Source: Octopus vulgaris (lineage: Eukaryota). From it: DNA of 64,000 bases. Below, one piece after another: positions 25,776-40,126 of this stretch (positions within the stretch are counted from its first letter, which is position 1; every line of letters starts with the position of its first letter). The stretch is taken from assembly GCA_951406725.2 (NCBI GenBank), contig OX597831.1, forward strand, positions 36,022,001 through 36,086,000, given 5' to 3'. The position numbers were made by a program, and so were the translations under genes. The notes beneath the pieces are model-generated. The model ran no database searches. It saw only the letters and a program-made list of their open reading frames with translations, and was not told where the DNA came from.

Positions 25776-26392
25776 AAACAGGCAACTAGTTTGGCAAGCC
25801 ACTGGATCATGTGATTCAATGGAAAGAAAAGGTCTGGTGAGACCATTCTGTTGTATTTAAGCTTAAACAAACAAACATAATAAAAACATTATACACTTCT
25901 GCATGGAAACGAAAAACTCCTCAGACAAACAGACATCGAATGAAGTGCATGATGGGAAAGATGATAGAAAATTCTGCCAATTAGGAATTATTTAAACCAA
26001 ACTTCTGTAATCTACAGACTAAATCCGAGAATGGAACAATGTTCCAGCCAGGTGGAGTGTGGAATTGTGGAGAAAAGGTACAGTTAATTGAGCTCTAATA
26101 GCTAAGAGACAGGTTTGGAAAGAATGGAAACTGAGGTGAACCATGAATGGTACCCAGTAACTAAATGAGAAGAGAGACGTCAGTTATTCTTAACAAGGAA
26201 AAAAACTGAATGTAAGAGGCCTACCTACGTTTTCTACAGTGATACTCAGGTGTATGGAGTGTTCTAGATTGTGATGCAATGTGTACAGAATCGCAGCCAT
26301 GCACTCATCCACACTAATGTCAAAAAGAAAAATGCATGGAAAAGCAAATATAAACATTTACAAATAAAGCTAGATACACACATACACACACA

Positions 26393-26812
26393 TAGGTGCA
26401 GGAATGGCTGTGTGGTAAGGAGCTTGTTTCCCAACCACATGGTTCCAGGTTCAGTCCCACTGTATGGCATCTTGTGCAAGTGTCTTCTACTATAGTTTTT
26501 GGCCGACCAAAGCCTTGTGAGTGGATTTCGTAGATGGAAACTGAAAGAAGCCCATCGTATATATATATATATATATAGTTGAGTATAGAAATTCGGGGTG
26601 ACTACTTATATATATATATATGTATATATGTATGCATGCATGTGCGTATGTATGTATTTGTGTGTCTGTGTCTATGAGCCCCGTAACTTAGCAGTTTGGC
26701 AACAGAAACCGATAGAATAAGTACTAGGCTGACAAAAAATAACCTCTGGGGTAGATTTGATCCACTAAAGATGGTGCTCCAGCATGGCTACAGTCAAATG
26801 ACTGAAACAAGT

Positions 26813-26813
<1 letters not shown>
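26393..26813 (+). mobile_element. SINE family A
   Basis: Head, internal microsatellite and 3' part all present. Confidence 0.85.
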
Positions 26814-26847
<34 letters not shown>

Positions 26848-27064
26848 GGAGGGGGAGAAGAAGATTCTAGTCCAAGTAGACTCAACGGATGAGTTTGCTA
26901 TTGAAGATAGCAGGGACTAGAGCTGAAGGGGTTATTAAGGATATAAAGGAAGGGAAATGACTGGGGTTTCAGGGGCAGTTACTAGGATGCTGGAAGCATC
27001 TGGCACTTAGGACAGACTCTGGTCACTCACATATAGCACAGGGAAGGCAGTAACATTGAGTCTA

Positions 27065-27681
27065 GGACATTTACCTCTCCCCAAGGAAACTAACCACCTG
27101 CCCCCACAAGGCCAATTGGATCTTTTCAGTTTGAACGGCAGTTTTTTCTAGCGGTGTCATATGAAATTGTCACCCATAATTATGACCTTAGTATCGATCT
27201 ATTGCATTTCAATCTGTTTTAGGGTTAAGGTTAGGGGTGGGGGGAAGGGTATCTTTTTTTCTTCAGAAATGTAAATAAACCCAATCTGTTTCTTAAACAA
27301 GGGACATATTCATACGGCACAGAATGATTTTTACCTCAATAGATGTCATTGATTGGTTGAAATTGCAGAAATTGAAGAAAAAAACAACAAGTATCTTACA
27401 AACTATAGAATTTTCTCTATAAAGCCAAGAGAAAAAGATGTTTTATAAACACAATCTACCAGTATACGAAGTTTAAAAGTGTTTAGTTACGTGGAAATTA
27501 CTTTAAAACCTGCCGTTCAAACCGAAAAGATCCGGCCAATTACCTCTGAGGACCACAAATGATGATTTAAAACTTTTTAATTTATTGGAGAGGGGGTAAT
27601 TAACCAAGGGAGGTAACTGTCCTAAGAAGTAGTTGTCACCGGTGGTGGTGGTGGGAATTTTCGGGGTAGGTAATTGTCCTG
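27065..27681. mobile_element. older MITE with subterminal repeats, host of the 27118 insertion
   Basis: ggacatttacc at left; ggtaattaacc, ggtaactgtcc and ggtaattgtcc at right. Confidence 0.45.
27118..27533. mobile_element. MITE with GG..CC TIRs and 8-bp TSD (Merlin-like)
   Basis: TIR ggatcttttcagtttgaacggcag / ctgccgttcaaaccgaaaagatcc; perfect TSD GGCCAATT. Confidence 0.85.
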
Positions 27682-28598
27682 ATATGGTATCATCATCAAC
27701 AGCTGCAATGCTAAACGAGATATAACAGAAAGCAAATATAATGGTTGGAATGATGACCTAACTTTATTGATCAGGGTAACAATTAATGCTACATAAACTA
27801 TCTCTATAACCTTTCTAAGTCTGCACTCACATGGTGTGTATTTATAGGTAATTTTATTCCATTGCAGTTTAGCAATTTCTATTTTCACATCATACATTAA
27901 CTGCCAATCTATATATCTCCTTTGATTAAAAACTTTCAGACAGATCTTTTAAAAAGGAAATACCTCAGTTCAGATTTAGCCAAGATAATTGTATCAATAT
28001 AAGAATAGGATATCTGAAGACAATCAGATATTGAACCAATCAAAATGTAGCACTGAAGGCAAGGAGTATGAAAAGTAAGGTTAATTGCCCGGAAAATTTA
28101 AATTATTACCACAATAACTCTTCCCAATTAAATTTAGACATATCATTTAATTCACATTTGCTCAGTTCACTTTCAGCTTTGGCTAGGTACATATCACTAA
28201 TATATAATTATATAATTTATGGCTGTATAATTAATTAGTCTTCATTACTTTGAATGCTACTATAGCATCTAGAAACCAGGCAAATAACACATATTTTACA
28301 CACATTTTATTTCATTTGAAACACTCTCACACACATGTGTATATAGTATATATACACATAAGGGGATCATTAGTTTTGAGGGTGAGTGTTCAGTTGTTCA
28401 ATCAATCTTTTCATTAATTTGGTACGAGCTGAGTATTCCACAGTCATTTATACTCTTAATTAATGTTCTCTAATTTTTTGCTGTGGGGGTACTCATAAAT
28501 TCGATTGTGTGAAAATTTAGTTTTTTCTTTCTCAAGTGTGTGTGCATCTGTGTGAGTAACTGTTTTCAATTAAAACAATTTCAGTGTCTTCTTGAAAG

Positions 28599-28788
28599 TA
28601 CATTATTTACATTATTTACATTCGATGGATATTTGTCTTCATCTTGTTTGTTGTTAACACAACATTTCGGCTGATATACCCTCCAGCCATCATCAGGTGT
28701 CTTGGAGAAATTTCGAACCGTCAATTGTAAATAATATAAATAATGTAAATAATGTACATAATTCCTCATCTCTTAAATATAGAACTGT
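28599..28788 (-). mobile_element. hammerhead-bearing Penelope-like fragment with inverted tail (same family as 24115)
   Basis: Minus strand gacac-CTGATGA-t-ggctg gagggtatat cagcc-GAAATGTT-gtgtt (28656-28701). Confidence 0.75.
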
Positions 28789-28979
28789 CTTTTTGAAAGA
28801 TTTGTGTGCAAAATTTCTTTTCTTTGTGTGTTTGTTATAAAATAAAATGTGTGTGCATATGCACAGGCACACAACTCAGAAGGAACCTGGCCCTTAATTT
28901 AATCCTCATGGAGAAACAGCATGACACAAGATTATAAGGCTGTTGTGTTTTGAGAGGGATATTCTGTTATTCTGCTACT

Positions 28980-29395
28980 TGTTTTACTCATTAGATTTTG
29001 ACCATTCTGGAGCATCACCATAAAGGGTTTTAGTCGAACAAATTGACCCCAGGTTTTATTCTTTGTCAGCCTAGTACCTATTCTGTTGGTCTCTCTTGCT
29101 GAACCACTAAGTTACAGGGACAAGAACACACCAACACCGGTTGTAAAGTGGTGATGATAAGGGGGGGGGGGGTAATAAACACAGACACAAACACACACAC
29201 ATATATACATACATATACACACACACACACACACATATATATATGATGGGTTTCTTTCAGTTTCCATCTGCCAAATCCACTCACAAGGCTTTGGTCAGCC
29301 CAATGCTATAGTAGAAGACACTTGCCCAAGGTGCCATACAGTGGGACTGAACTTGGAATCATGTGGTTGAGAAGCAAGCTTCTCACCACACAGTT
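28980..29395 (-). mobile_element. SINE family A
   Basis: Full structure on the minus strand. Confidence 0.85.
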
Positions 29396-29439
29396 GCAGT
29401 CATACCAATATATTAGACTGCTTCTGAACATTTTACATC

Positions 29440-29570
29440 AGTTATGGGGAAACTGTGGCCCTGCAGGCAGCGTGTGGCCCTGCAGGCAGCGTGTGGCCCA
29501 CTGGACTTCTTTTAGTAATCACAGCTCACCTGATGTCTCATCTGGCCCACTTCTCAAGAAAAGTTGTCTA
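29440..29570. mobile_element. decayed hAT-type MITE
   Basis: ggggaaactgtggccc...tggccc...aaaagttg pattern with an internal 18-bp duplication. Confidence 0.4.
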
Positions 29571-30732
29571 TGTCTAATCTACATCCAATTTCAGTCATCT
29601 ATACTTGAGTTAGCCTGAGGCTATGGTGACAGACACCATACAACACAGGACAATGAGAGAAGGACTATGTTGTAATGGATTCAGATTTCTTTATTTAATC
29701 AGTGATTAAACAACTGGATTTTATGCATGCACACACATCTACACACACTTCTAAATGAAAAAAAAGAAAAGAAAATCTATTAGAGAAATTAAATTTGGAA
29801 GGGTTACATTTGGTGGTTTCTGTGAATGGGTTTTGACCAAAAAATTTTAATATTCTAGTATTTTTCTTTTTGTGACACATAATCAGGTATTATCTCCTAG
29901 CTTCGAGATTTCAATAATACGATTGTTTATATTTAGAATGACATTGTAGGATAGATATATGAGGCTGTATCTGGCCAGTTTGCACATGAAACAAATAGAA
30001 TATTTGTGTCTGATATGACCAGTTTAAATGCTAAAGTGTTAAACATCCACTAGAGGGAGATTTGTTTTTCTTTTAACAGCAACTGCTTGGATAACCCCAA
30101 GTTTTTGAATCATTATATTACATAAGTACAACTACAGTATTTGTATTTAGTATGCAAAATGTTTCTTGGAGTACTTTCTCTGTCATATTAATCATACTCT
30201 AGACAATGAAAACAACAATACAAACAAAACACCCAGGTCACATAATACATTTATTGACACAAAAACACAAGAAATAAAAAGAGAGTAAAAAACAGACGTA
30301 AAGTCCAAGTGTTTTATGTATTCTCATAACAGGAAACAGCCATCCTTGGGCATTTTTATCTCGTATTTAGCATGGTATTATTTGGAGATAACCATTTGAC
30401 TTTAAGACCCATATATTATATTTTCTCTAATTGAAACTGTTACTCATACTTGAACACGACTGTGAGAATTGTATAAATGACAGCATGGCTTACTGAAGAC
30501 TGCAGGAATGGAAGATAAGATTATGGTAATGTTACAAATGCGTGACAGAGTAGCATAGAGGACATCGTGAATGCAAGACATCTACTATTGGGGTAGTGTA
30601 GTAGATGTAACTGAAAGACTATGGGACATAACTGGTATTTGCAGAGTTGGAAATGATTGCAGTGGTAGTATCAGAAAGGAAATTACTCATCAGCTGATTA
30701 ATTATTCATTAATATATGTTTTAATTAATAAA

Positions 30733-31180
30733 GTGGTGATCTGGTAGAACTGTTAGCATGCCAGATAAAATGCTTAGCGGCATTTTGTCCGTCATTATGT
30801 TCTGAGTTCAAATTTACTTCTACCCAAGGTACAAGGCCTGAAATTTTTTAGAGAGGGGGCCAGTCGATTAGATCGACCTCAGTACACAACTGGTACTTAA
30901 TTTATCGAACCCAAAAGGATAAAAGGCAATGTTGACCTCGGCAGAATTTGAACTCAGAATGTAAAGATAGACGAAATACCATGAAACATTTCGCCCGGCA
31001 CGATAATGTTTCTGCCAAGCTCACCACTTTGTTCTGAGTTCAAATTCTGCCAAAGCCAACTTTGCCTTTCATCCTTTTGAGGTCAATAAAATAAGTACCA
31101 GTTGTGCACTGGGGTGAATGTAACTGACTTAACCCCTTGCCTCAAAATTGCTGACCTTTTGCCAAAATTCAAAGCCAATA
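30733..31180 (+). mobile_element. SINE B containing an inverted SINE B insertion (30815-31029)
   Basis: 17-bp duplication tgttctgagttcaaatt at 30798 and 31030. Confidence 0.8.
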
Positions 31181-31192
31181 TATATTCTCATC

Positions 31193-31485
31193 TTGGCTTA
31201 GTGGTTAGGGCATTCAACTCATGATTGTAAGGTCCTAGTGGTATGTTGCATCCTTGAGCAAGATGCATTATTTCTCATTCCCCCAGTTCAGTCACTTGGT
31301 AAAAATAAGTCGTACCTGTAATTGAAAGAGCCAGTCTTGTCCCACCCTGTGTCATACTGAATATTCCTGAGAACTACATTAACACAGTACACCTGTCTGG
31401 AGAGTGCTCATGATTAATTTCATGAGCAGCAGCTGTTCTGTGGATCAGATCAGCTGGAACACTCATCATCATAATTGATGGAGAG
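31193..31485 (+). mobile_element. SINE family E
   Basis: tggcttagtggttaggg head; similar to 61897-62185. Confidence 0.7.
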
Positions 31486-31581
31486 TTAGGCCTGCCCCAT
31501 TAAGAATGAATAGCAGTTGGTCATGGGAGGTAACTATAAAAATGAGTCTGAGATAAAAAAAGGGAAAGAAGTGAGTGCCTT

Positions 31582-31629
<48 letters not shown>

Positions 31630-33034
31630 CATGTGTGCATGTGTGTATGTGTGACTGAATAAAATCCTCTCTCTCTCACTTTCTCTCAAACACAGAGAAC
31701 AGATGGAAGAAATAAAAATGCCCCTCATTAGCTGTTCATCTATGGAAAACTGCAGTTTTGGCTTCTGAGGACAGAATCACTAGGCAATGAGATATCAACA
31801 AACATCAGACACAACTGATTATGACTGATATAGCAGAGATGATATAGATCGATCATGAAAAGTTGTATAGGCAAGTATTAGCGAAGTCACAAAAGACATA
31901 CATAAGTATATGTGGCTAGGAGAGGAAAAAGAAAAATAATCTTTTTAATGATTAAAATAAGACAAATGAAGACAATACAAGACAATATAGAAATGTACCA
32001 TACAAAAAAAGAAAGGAAATGTAGTATTAGTGTTTGCTTAAACTGTTGTTCTTGAGCAAATGGGAAGAATAGCAGAAAGTTGGGAAACTGATGTGTTTGC
32101 TTTATATTCTCTGGATTAGTGGTTCAACAAATAGTGATCAATGAAATAAGGGTGAGACTGAAAAAATATACTTTGGTCAATATGACGAATTAAAACACTA
32201 TTGAAGGCAGTGTCCCAGTATGGCCACAGCCTAATGGTAGAAGCTAGCAAAAGTAAAAAAGGGTACATGATGAGATGATTTGTGCTAGAAAGTTCAGTCC
32301 CTCCAACAACTAAAGTCAAAGTGACAGATCAAACTTCTGATGAGAGAAACGATTATTTTTTCATCTGTTTTATGTAACACAATCTACAGACAATGCTCTA
32401 TGATTACTGATGATTCTGGTGAAGGTTTATATAAAGAAAAATAATACAGAATACTAAAAAATAACAAAAAAATAACAAAAAAAAAAGCAGAGGAAAATAA
32501 AAGAATAAGTTGATAATAGCAGGATTTTGACTTAGAATAGAATTGGCTTATTATAAATAATGCATGGCATTTAGCCCAGTGTGATATCATTTTATCACAC
32601 TTCACTCAATAAATATTATCATTTATTCAACTTTTGTGGCAGTATTAAAGAGAAAGGTTTGCCATCTTTTAACCCTTTAGTTTGGACTTAGTTCCAAAGT
32701 CAATCTGTTGCCAGTTAAGTAAATGTAATTTGATATTCAGCTATCTTCTCTGCAAAGCAAATGAAAATCTGATTAACTTATTTCGTTTTATACACATAAG
32801 GGAAAAAAAAATAATAGATGTTGTAAACAGAAACATATACACATTAACGCAAATATATTTATGTATTCGTATGCATACACACACACACATATATTAATAT
32901 ACATGTATGCACATCGGTGTGTGTATGTGCGTAAATATATACACACATACTTACATAGATACATACCTATATACGTATGTATATATGTATATATGTATGT
33001 ATATTTATAGATAGATAGATAGATAGATATAAGT

Positions 33035-33075
<41 letters not shown>

Positions 33076-33227
33076 CACACATACATGAATATAAATATAT
33101 ACATAGACATATATATAGCTGGAAAAAGAAAGATTAAAAACAATACTTATACATGTATAAAACTGAAATAATGAAACATATACATACATACAAGCATAAT
33201 ATATGCATGCGGGTATGTATGTGTGTG

Positions 33228-33273
<46 letters not shown>

Positions 33274-33979
33274 TGTATGAGTGACTTCATCTTTATGTAT
33301 GTATATGATGTATATTACATTATTGTAATAACAAACACTAACGTCAGCAGAAACAATTATTGCAATAAGCTTCGTTCCTATAAGAAAAAGCAAAAAAATA
33401 AAAAAATAAAAAAAATAAAAAGCACCATTTTACAGTGCAATAAAAAACAAAAATATTACGAGAAACATAATTGTAATGCATACATATTTGTTTTTATGAA
33501 CTCAGAGTCTATGAAGGGAAATAACATTTCAATACAATATACATATTTACAGCATCAATGTAAAATAATTAGAGTCACTGAGACTGTTTTTTTTTAATTT
33601 CTAATCTATAACTCAGAAAACACACACACGCACACACACATCCCATACATGCACATGCACACACGCACACATGAACCATCTTTTATATTTACTATGGTTT
33701 TTAACATTATCATTTCAACATTGTGTTCTTCCATAATTATGCATTCCTCTGAGTATTTGATCTGTTCTGTTTGTCTGTCTATGCGTTTATCTTCCTAGTG
33801 ATCTCTGTATTTGCTTCTCTGTCTGTTTGTCTGTCTGCCCATCCGTCTGTCTGTCTGTCTGCCCATCTATCTATCTATCTATCTATCTATCTATTTATCT
33901 ACCTACCTGTTTCTCTGTGTGCATGTGTACGTGTGTTTTGCGTGTGTGTGTCTATGAATATATATGTATATATATATAC

Positions 33980-34028
<49 letters not shown>

Positions 34029-34160
34029 TCTGTGTGTATGTGTGTGTGCGTGTGTGGATATGGGGGACACTTGTACACCCTCATGCACACACATACACAC
34101 ACACACACACAGAGAAACACAGAGAGACTGAGAGAGAGAATAAAGAGAGGTAGATAATTA

Positions 34161-34193
<33 letters not shown>

Positions 34194-34432
34194 GTATATA
34201 TGTGATATATGTATATATACGTAGATATGTATGCGTGTATATATATGTGTATATATATATATACTATATCTACATAAATACCTATGCACGTATTTATATA
34301 TACATTTATATGTATTTACGTATGCACATACACACATATGTTTTTGTGTGGGAAAAACATAACCAATATATATGTATATATATATATGTATGTATATGTA
34401 TGTGTATATATATATATGTGTATGTGTATATA

Positions 34433-34469
<37 letters not shown>

Positions 34470-35092
34470 GTATGTATATATATATATATATATATTTATT
34501 TATTTATTTATTTACATAAATATATATTTACAATCGAATCAAAAGTAACTGAAGTCAAGTGAATATGGCTTCAGTCTTTCAAATGCCATTCACAAACATT
34601 TCAAATATTTGGAAACTGTTTGAACTCTAAAATATTTATTTGTGTGTCGTTTATTAGATGGGTTAGTGAGAGACAGAGAGAGAGAGAAAGAGAGAGAGAA
34701 AAATGGTGTTATGTGATTGTGGGCGAGGAATAAGAAACTATTATGTTTTGTTTGTTTATTTTTTAAAACTACTTTAATAATAATAGCTGTTTGTTTATAT
34801 TTATTGTATTTCATTTAAATAAAATAATTTATTTTCCACACATATTTTTTTTTTTGCTTTACAAAAACACAAATCAAGAACAATTTTATGCTAACAACAG
34901 TCAATAGTGAATGTTAGAATCAACTATTTGTTTCAGATTTCAACGTGTATTTAGTGAAGCTGATGCAAAAATACAACAAAGAATATATATATATATATAT
35001 ATATATCATAAAATAAAATAAAACAACAACGAAGAAAAAAGACCAAAGAAATAAAGGAACAAAAATACAAAACAAAGAACCAACCAACAAAC

Positions 35093-35372
<280 letters not shown>

Positions 35373-35976
35373 TATAAAAATTGGTGGTGTCAAAACGAAG
35401 ACAAACTATTCATTTGATGGATTGTCTGTCGAATTTTGCTCTCAACTTAAAATCCTTGAAATAATAGAAAAAGAAAAAAAAAAATTAAGAAAGAAAAACA
35501 AAGCAACAAAGAAAAAAAAACCAATAATAACAAATAGAAAGAGTGTAACGAAAATGAAAAATACAATTATATGAGGAAACAACAAGAAAAGCGAACAGAT
35601 TTTAATCAAGGGAGACAGTTATACAAGAATAAAATCTATAATATCTTTTAACAATAATATTGACAAAGCAAATCAATATTAGCAAGAAAAATGTATGATA
35701 AAATCTGATCAAAAGTTGTCTTGGCCAAATAGATAACTTTAATGGATGATGTTTGACAATAGATTGTGGTGTGTATATATATATGTACATTCATCCACAC
35801 ACTCACACATTGATAAATCTAACATACACATACACAGACACACACAGACATAAATATACATGTACACATAAATTCATTCTATGTATGTACATATGTATAA
35901 TGGTGATTGTGCTTGTATGTATATGTTGTTTGTATGTATTTGTGTACGTGTGTATACATGTATATATATACATACG

Positions 35977-36031
<55 letters not shown>

Positions 36032-36047
36032 GTACATATGTTGAGTG

Positions 36048-36126
<79 letters not shown>

Positions 36127-36158
36127 CATATGTTGAGTGAATTTATATATATATATAT

Positions 36159-36221
<63 letters not shown>

Positions 36222-38115
36222 CATATGTTGAGTGCATGTATATTTGTGTGTGTGTATATATATTGTCTGTGTGTGTGTGTGTGGATGTACATAAATATGC
36301 AGGTGTGCAGATATGTCATCACGTTGGTGTGATTGCATGTATGTATCTATATGTACAGTAGCTGTGTATCAGTACATATGTATATACATACATATTACGT
36401 ATGTACAAATGTATGTTTATAGATGTGAGTGTATGAGTATAGCTTTGTGGATATCTGTATATCCGAGGTTAGAAGTTTGTGTAAATGTTTAGCCATACGT
36501 ATAGGTTTATGGCTATATGTACGTTTGAATCTATTTGTGTATATATGTAAATAAAAGTGTGTATATAACCCCCTCTTTCTCTCTCTCTCTCTTACAGTAT
36601 ATATAATATATATGCATATGCATGTGTGTATGTGCATGTATTTGTGTGTATGGCATTATATATTTGCATAAAAATCTATTAATAGAAATTAACAGTTGGA
36701 AAAAAAGCAGAAATTTCAAAAATTTGACGTGACTGATTATTTGTTATTTTTACATGTCACATATTATTTTATTTTCCACTCATAACAATTTGGTCTTAAC
36801 ATATAATTCTATACATATTTTCTATCAGAGAACCATCTCTTTGTGCCACCTATTTCACTAAAAGCAGAAAGCTTCAGATTAAATGATTGAAACCGGAAAT
36901 TAAATATGGAACAAACATTTGAATCAGGTTAAAAAACATAATTTCATATTTTTAAAAACCTCCCTTTTAGCTTCTATATTTGATAATAATTAGATTGATA
37001 GCATTACTGACAATAAAGATTTCAATAAAGGATTTAATTTCTGATCATATAGACTGGACTTGTAATAAGAGGAACACATACATCTGTGCTGTAGGGTATA
37101 ATATTCTTATCTCTTAGACCACTGATCCTTCTACATTTGTATTTATATTTTTAGGTTCTTTAAATTCATCTCTCAGTAGAGGAACCACACTGAGCTGATG
37201 CCAACAGTGGACTTATAGATTAGAATATTGGTATTCATTGTATGTGGTGTTTCTTTGATTTCCTTTGTAAAGCTTTCCATTGTGGTTCTCTAACAATTAT
37301 TGAAATGCCCTTTCATAGAATTTATATGGTTTTTCTTTCTTGGCACTATATATATATATATATATATTCAGTTATTTCTGACTTGGATATTTCTCTTCTC
37401 ATTAAGGGCTTTTGATGTCATTCCATCTATTCTTGCAATTTATTTGTGGGAGGTCTTATAAAGGAATTTCTTGTGTTTTTTGATATAAAGGGAAAAATGA
37501 GAAAATTCTTAAGGATCAAAATAAAGCAACATCGGGAAAACGTTAATGAGATGATAAATACCAAAGTCATGAACAGAGGGATATATATGGTGCCAAAAGG
37601 AAGATCACATCATCTACAATTAAGAGGCAGGGAAGTGGTATGTGTTTTTTGTGTACCATACAAAATGCCATACAGTATTCACTCCAGCTCCTTTGGTTAT
37701 GAGTTCAAATACCACCAAAACTGACAGCTTGGTTGCCATTAGTGGAGTCAATTCTGGAGCAAGAACTCAAGCATGGTTTCTGCCTTGAGAATACTTTTGT
37801 CCATCCATCCCTTTCACCAAACTCAGAGGCCCAGTAAAGGGTCATGTTCACAGACTACCTTCCTAACCAAGCAATGGCAAAAGCTCCATGACGGAAACAT
37901 AGAAGAATCAAAGATGTGGCACATGTAGGGCCAGCTGAAAACCCAATCAGAAAGCACATTGTTGATATCAGCTTCATATAGCTGACTCGCAACTTCCTAG
38001 TATTTTTCTCTTGACTTTTTTCATTCTCTGCCATATTGCGCATCACTCTGCCTTTGAATGGTTGCATTGACATGGAAGTTATGTTCTTGATTATCCTCAT
38101 ATTGCATTATTGCAA

Positions 38116-38375
38116 AGAGAGAGTGGGGTAGAAGGGGGAGAAGGAGAGAGAAGGAGGGTAGGGAGAGAGAGGTAGAGGAGAGAAGGAGAGGGAGAAGTGG
38201 GGAGAAGAGAGAGAGAGAAGAGAGAGAGAGAAGAGAAGAGAGAAGAGGGGGGAGAGGAGAGAGGGAGAGAGAAGGAGGGTACGAAGAGAGGGATAGAGGA
38301 GAGAAGGAGATGGAGAAGTGGAGAGAGGAGAGAGGGAGAAAGAGAGAGAGAAAGAGAGAGAGAAAGAAAGAAAGA
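38116..38375 (+). repeat. polypurine (GA-rich) tract
   Basis: ~260 bp of almost only G/A; could form triplex DNA. Confidence 0.9.
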
Positions 38376-38624
38376 GTTGAGAGTTGATAGAATTTTTGGT
38401 TGGTACTTGATTAATTGATCCTGGAAGAATGGAAAGCAAAGCTGGCCTTGAGCATAATTTGAACCTGGAAAACTAAGAGTAGGAAGAGACAGCAGAAGGT
38501 ACACTGAATAGCACTCTAATGTTATTGCAAGATGAAGAAAGGAAGGTTGTCAGGTAACACAGGTGACCTGGTATGTATTGCCCTTAATTTATAAAGGAAG
38601 CTTTCAGGTAAAATTCCGAATAGC

Positions 38625-39050
38625 ACTCTTTTACTCTTTTACTCTTTTACTTGTTTCAGTCATTTGACTGTGGCCATGCTAGAGCTCCACCTTTAGTCGA
38701 GCAAATCGACCCCAGGACTTATTCTTTGTAAGCCTAGTACATATTCTATCGGTCTCTTTTGCCGAACCGCTAAGTTATGGGGACGTAAACACACCAGCAT
38801 CGGTTGTCAAGCGATGTTGGGGGACAAACACAGACACACAAGCATACACACACACACACACACACATATATATACACATATATACGACGGGCTTCTTTCA
38901 GTTTCCGTCTACCAAATCCACTCACAAGGCTTTGGTCAGCTTGAGGCTATAGTAGAAGACACTTGCCCAAGGTGCCATGCAGTGGGAATGAACCCAGAAC
39001 CATGTGGTTGGTAAGCAAGGTACCTACCACAAAGCCACTCCTACGCCTAT
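38625..39050 (-). mobile_element. SINE family A, near-intact
   Basis: Full head to tail, ending in (AGTAAAAG)n. Confidence 0.9.
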
Positions 39051-39142
39051 ATACATATTCGTGAGTATGAGCACCAAATGATTGATATTTCATGTATCAG
39101 TCATGTATCACACTGACTGATACATGGAGTAGGTGTAAACCA

Positions 39143-39490
39143 TTATCATCATCATCATCATTTAATGTCCCATTTCCATGCTGGCATGGGTTGGACTGTT
39201 CGACAGTAATTGGCCAACCAGAGAGCTGCATCAGGCTTTGGTTATCTGTTTTGGTATGATTTCTACAGCTGGATGCCCTTCCTAATGCCAACCATTTTAC
39301 AGAGAGTACTTGGCGCTTTTTACGTGGCACCTGCACCAGTGGTGTTATGTGGAACCAGCAGTGGTGCTTTTTGCACAACACTGGCATGGCTGCTCTTATG
39401 TGGCATCAGCATGGTGCTTCTTTATGTGACACTGGCATGAAACTTAAACGTGGCACTGGTATGGATGCCTTTTATGCGGCACCAACTCGT
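39143..39490 (-). mobile_element. SINE-like family C
   Basis: Reverse tail plus internal repeats. Confidence 0.75.
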
Positions 39491-39707
39491 ATCATCTTAA
39501 AGATGAGATTAATAATCTGGAAAATTACAGTCTTAAAAACAATAACTACTCCAGACTTTTATACATATTAAGTCTAATTATCATTGCTTAATTAATCTAT
39601 TTATCAAAGAATTATGGAAAAGTAATGTAATAATAAAACAAAAAATATCTCATCCAACATTGTGTTATGTTCTTATTTGCCAGTCACCAGACTTCTTAGC
39701 CAAAACT

Positions 39708-40126
39708 AGTGGCTGTGTGGTAAGTAGCTTGCTTACCAACCACATGGTTCTAGGTTCATTCCCACTGCATGGCACCTTGGGCAAGTGTCTTCTACAATAG
39801 CCATGGGCTGGCCAAAGCCTTGTGAGTGAATTTGGTAGACAGAAACTGAAAGAAGCCCATCGTATATATGTATATATGTATATATGTATGTGTGTGTATA
39901 TGTTTGTGTGTCTGTGTTTGTCCCCCCAGCATCGCTTGACAACTGATGCTGGTGTGTTTACGTCCCTGTAACTTAGTGGTTCGGCAAAAGAGACCGATAG
40001 AATAAGTACTAGCCTTCCAAAGAATAAGTCTTGGGGTCGATTTGCTTGAACTAAAGGCGGTGCTGCAGCATGGCCGCAGTCAAATGACTGAAACAAGTAA
40101 AAGATAGTAAAGAGAGTAAAAGAGAG
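39708..40126 (+). mobile_element. SINE family A, near-intact
   Basis: Full structure. Confidence 0.9.

Larger units (their letters stand above)
23850..26330 (+). pseudogene. highly decayed RTE LINE (APE endonuclease plus linker), interrupted by later insertions
   Basis: Residual peptides EIEEMLE..., RYKLFWVG..GII near 23870-24020 and aagagacaggtttggaaagaatggaaa (KRQVWKEWK) near 26105. Confidence 0.5.

Noticed and set aside
37855-38100. 81-aa minus-strand ORF as a host exon
   Set aside because: No recognisable domain or convincing splice sites.
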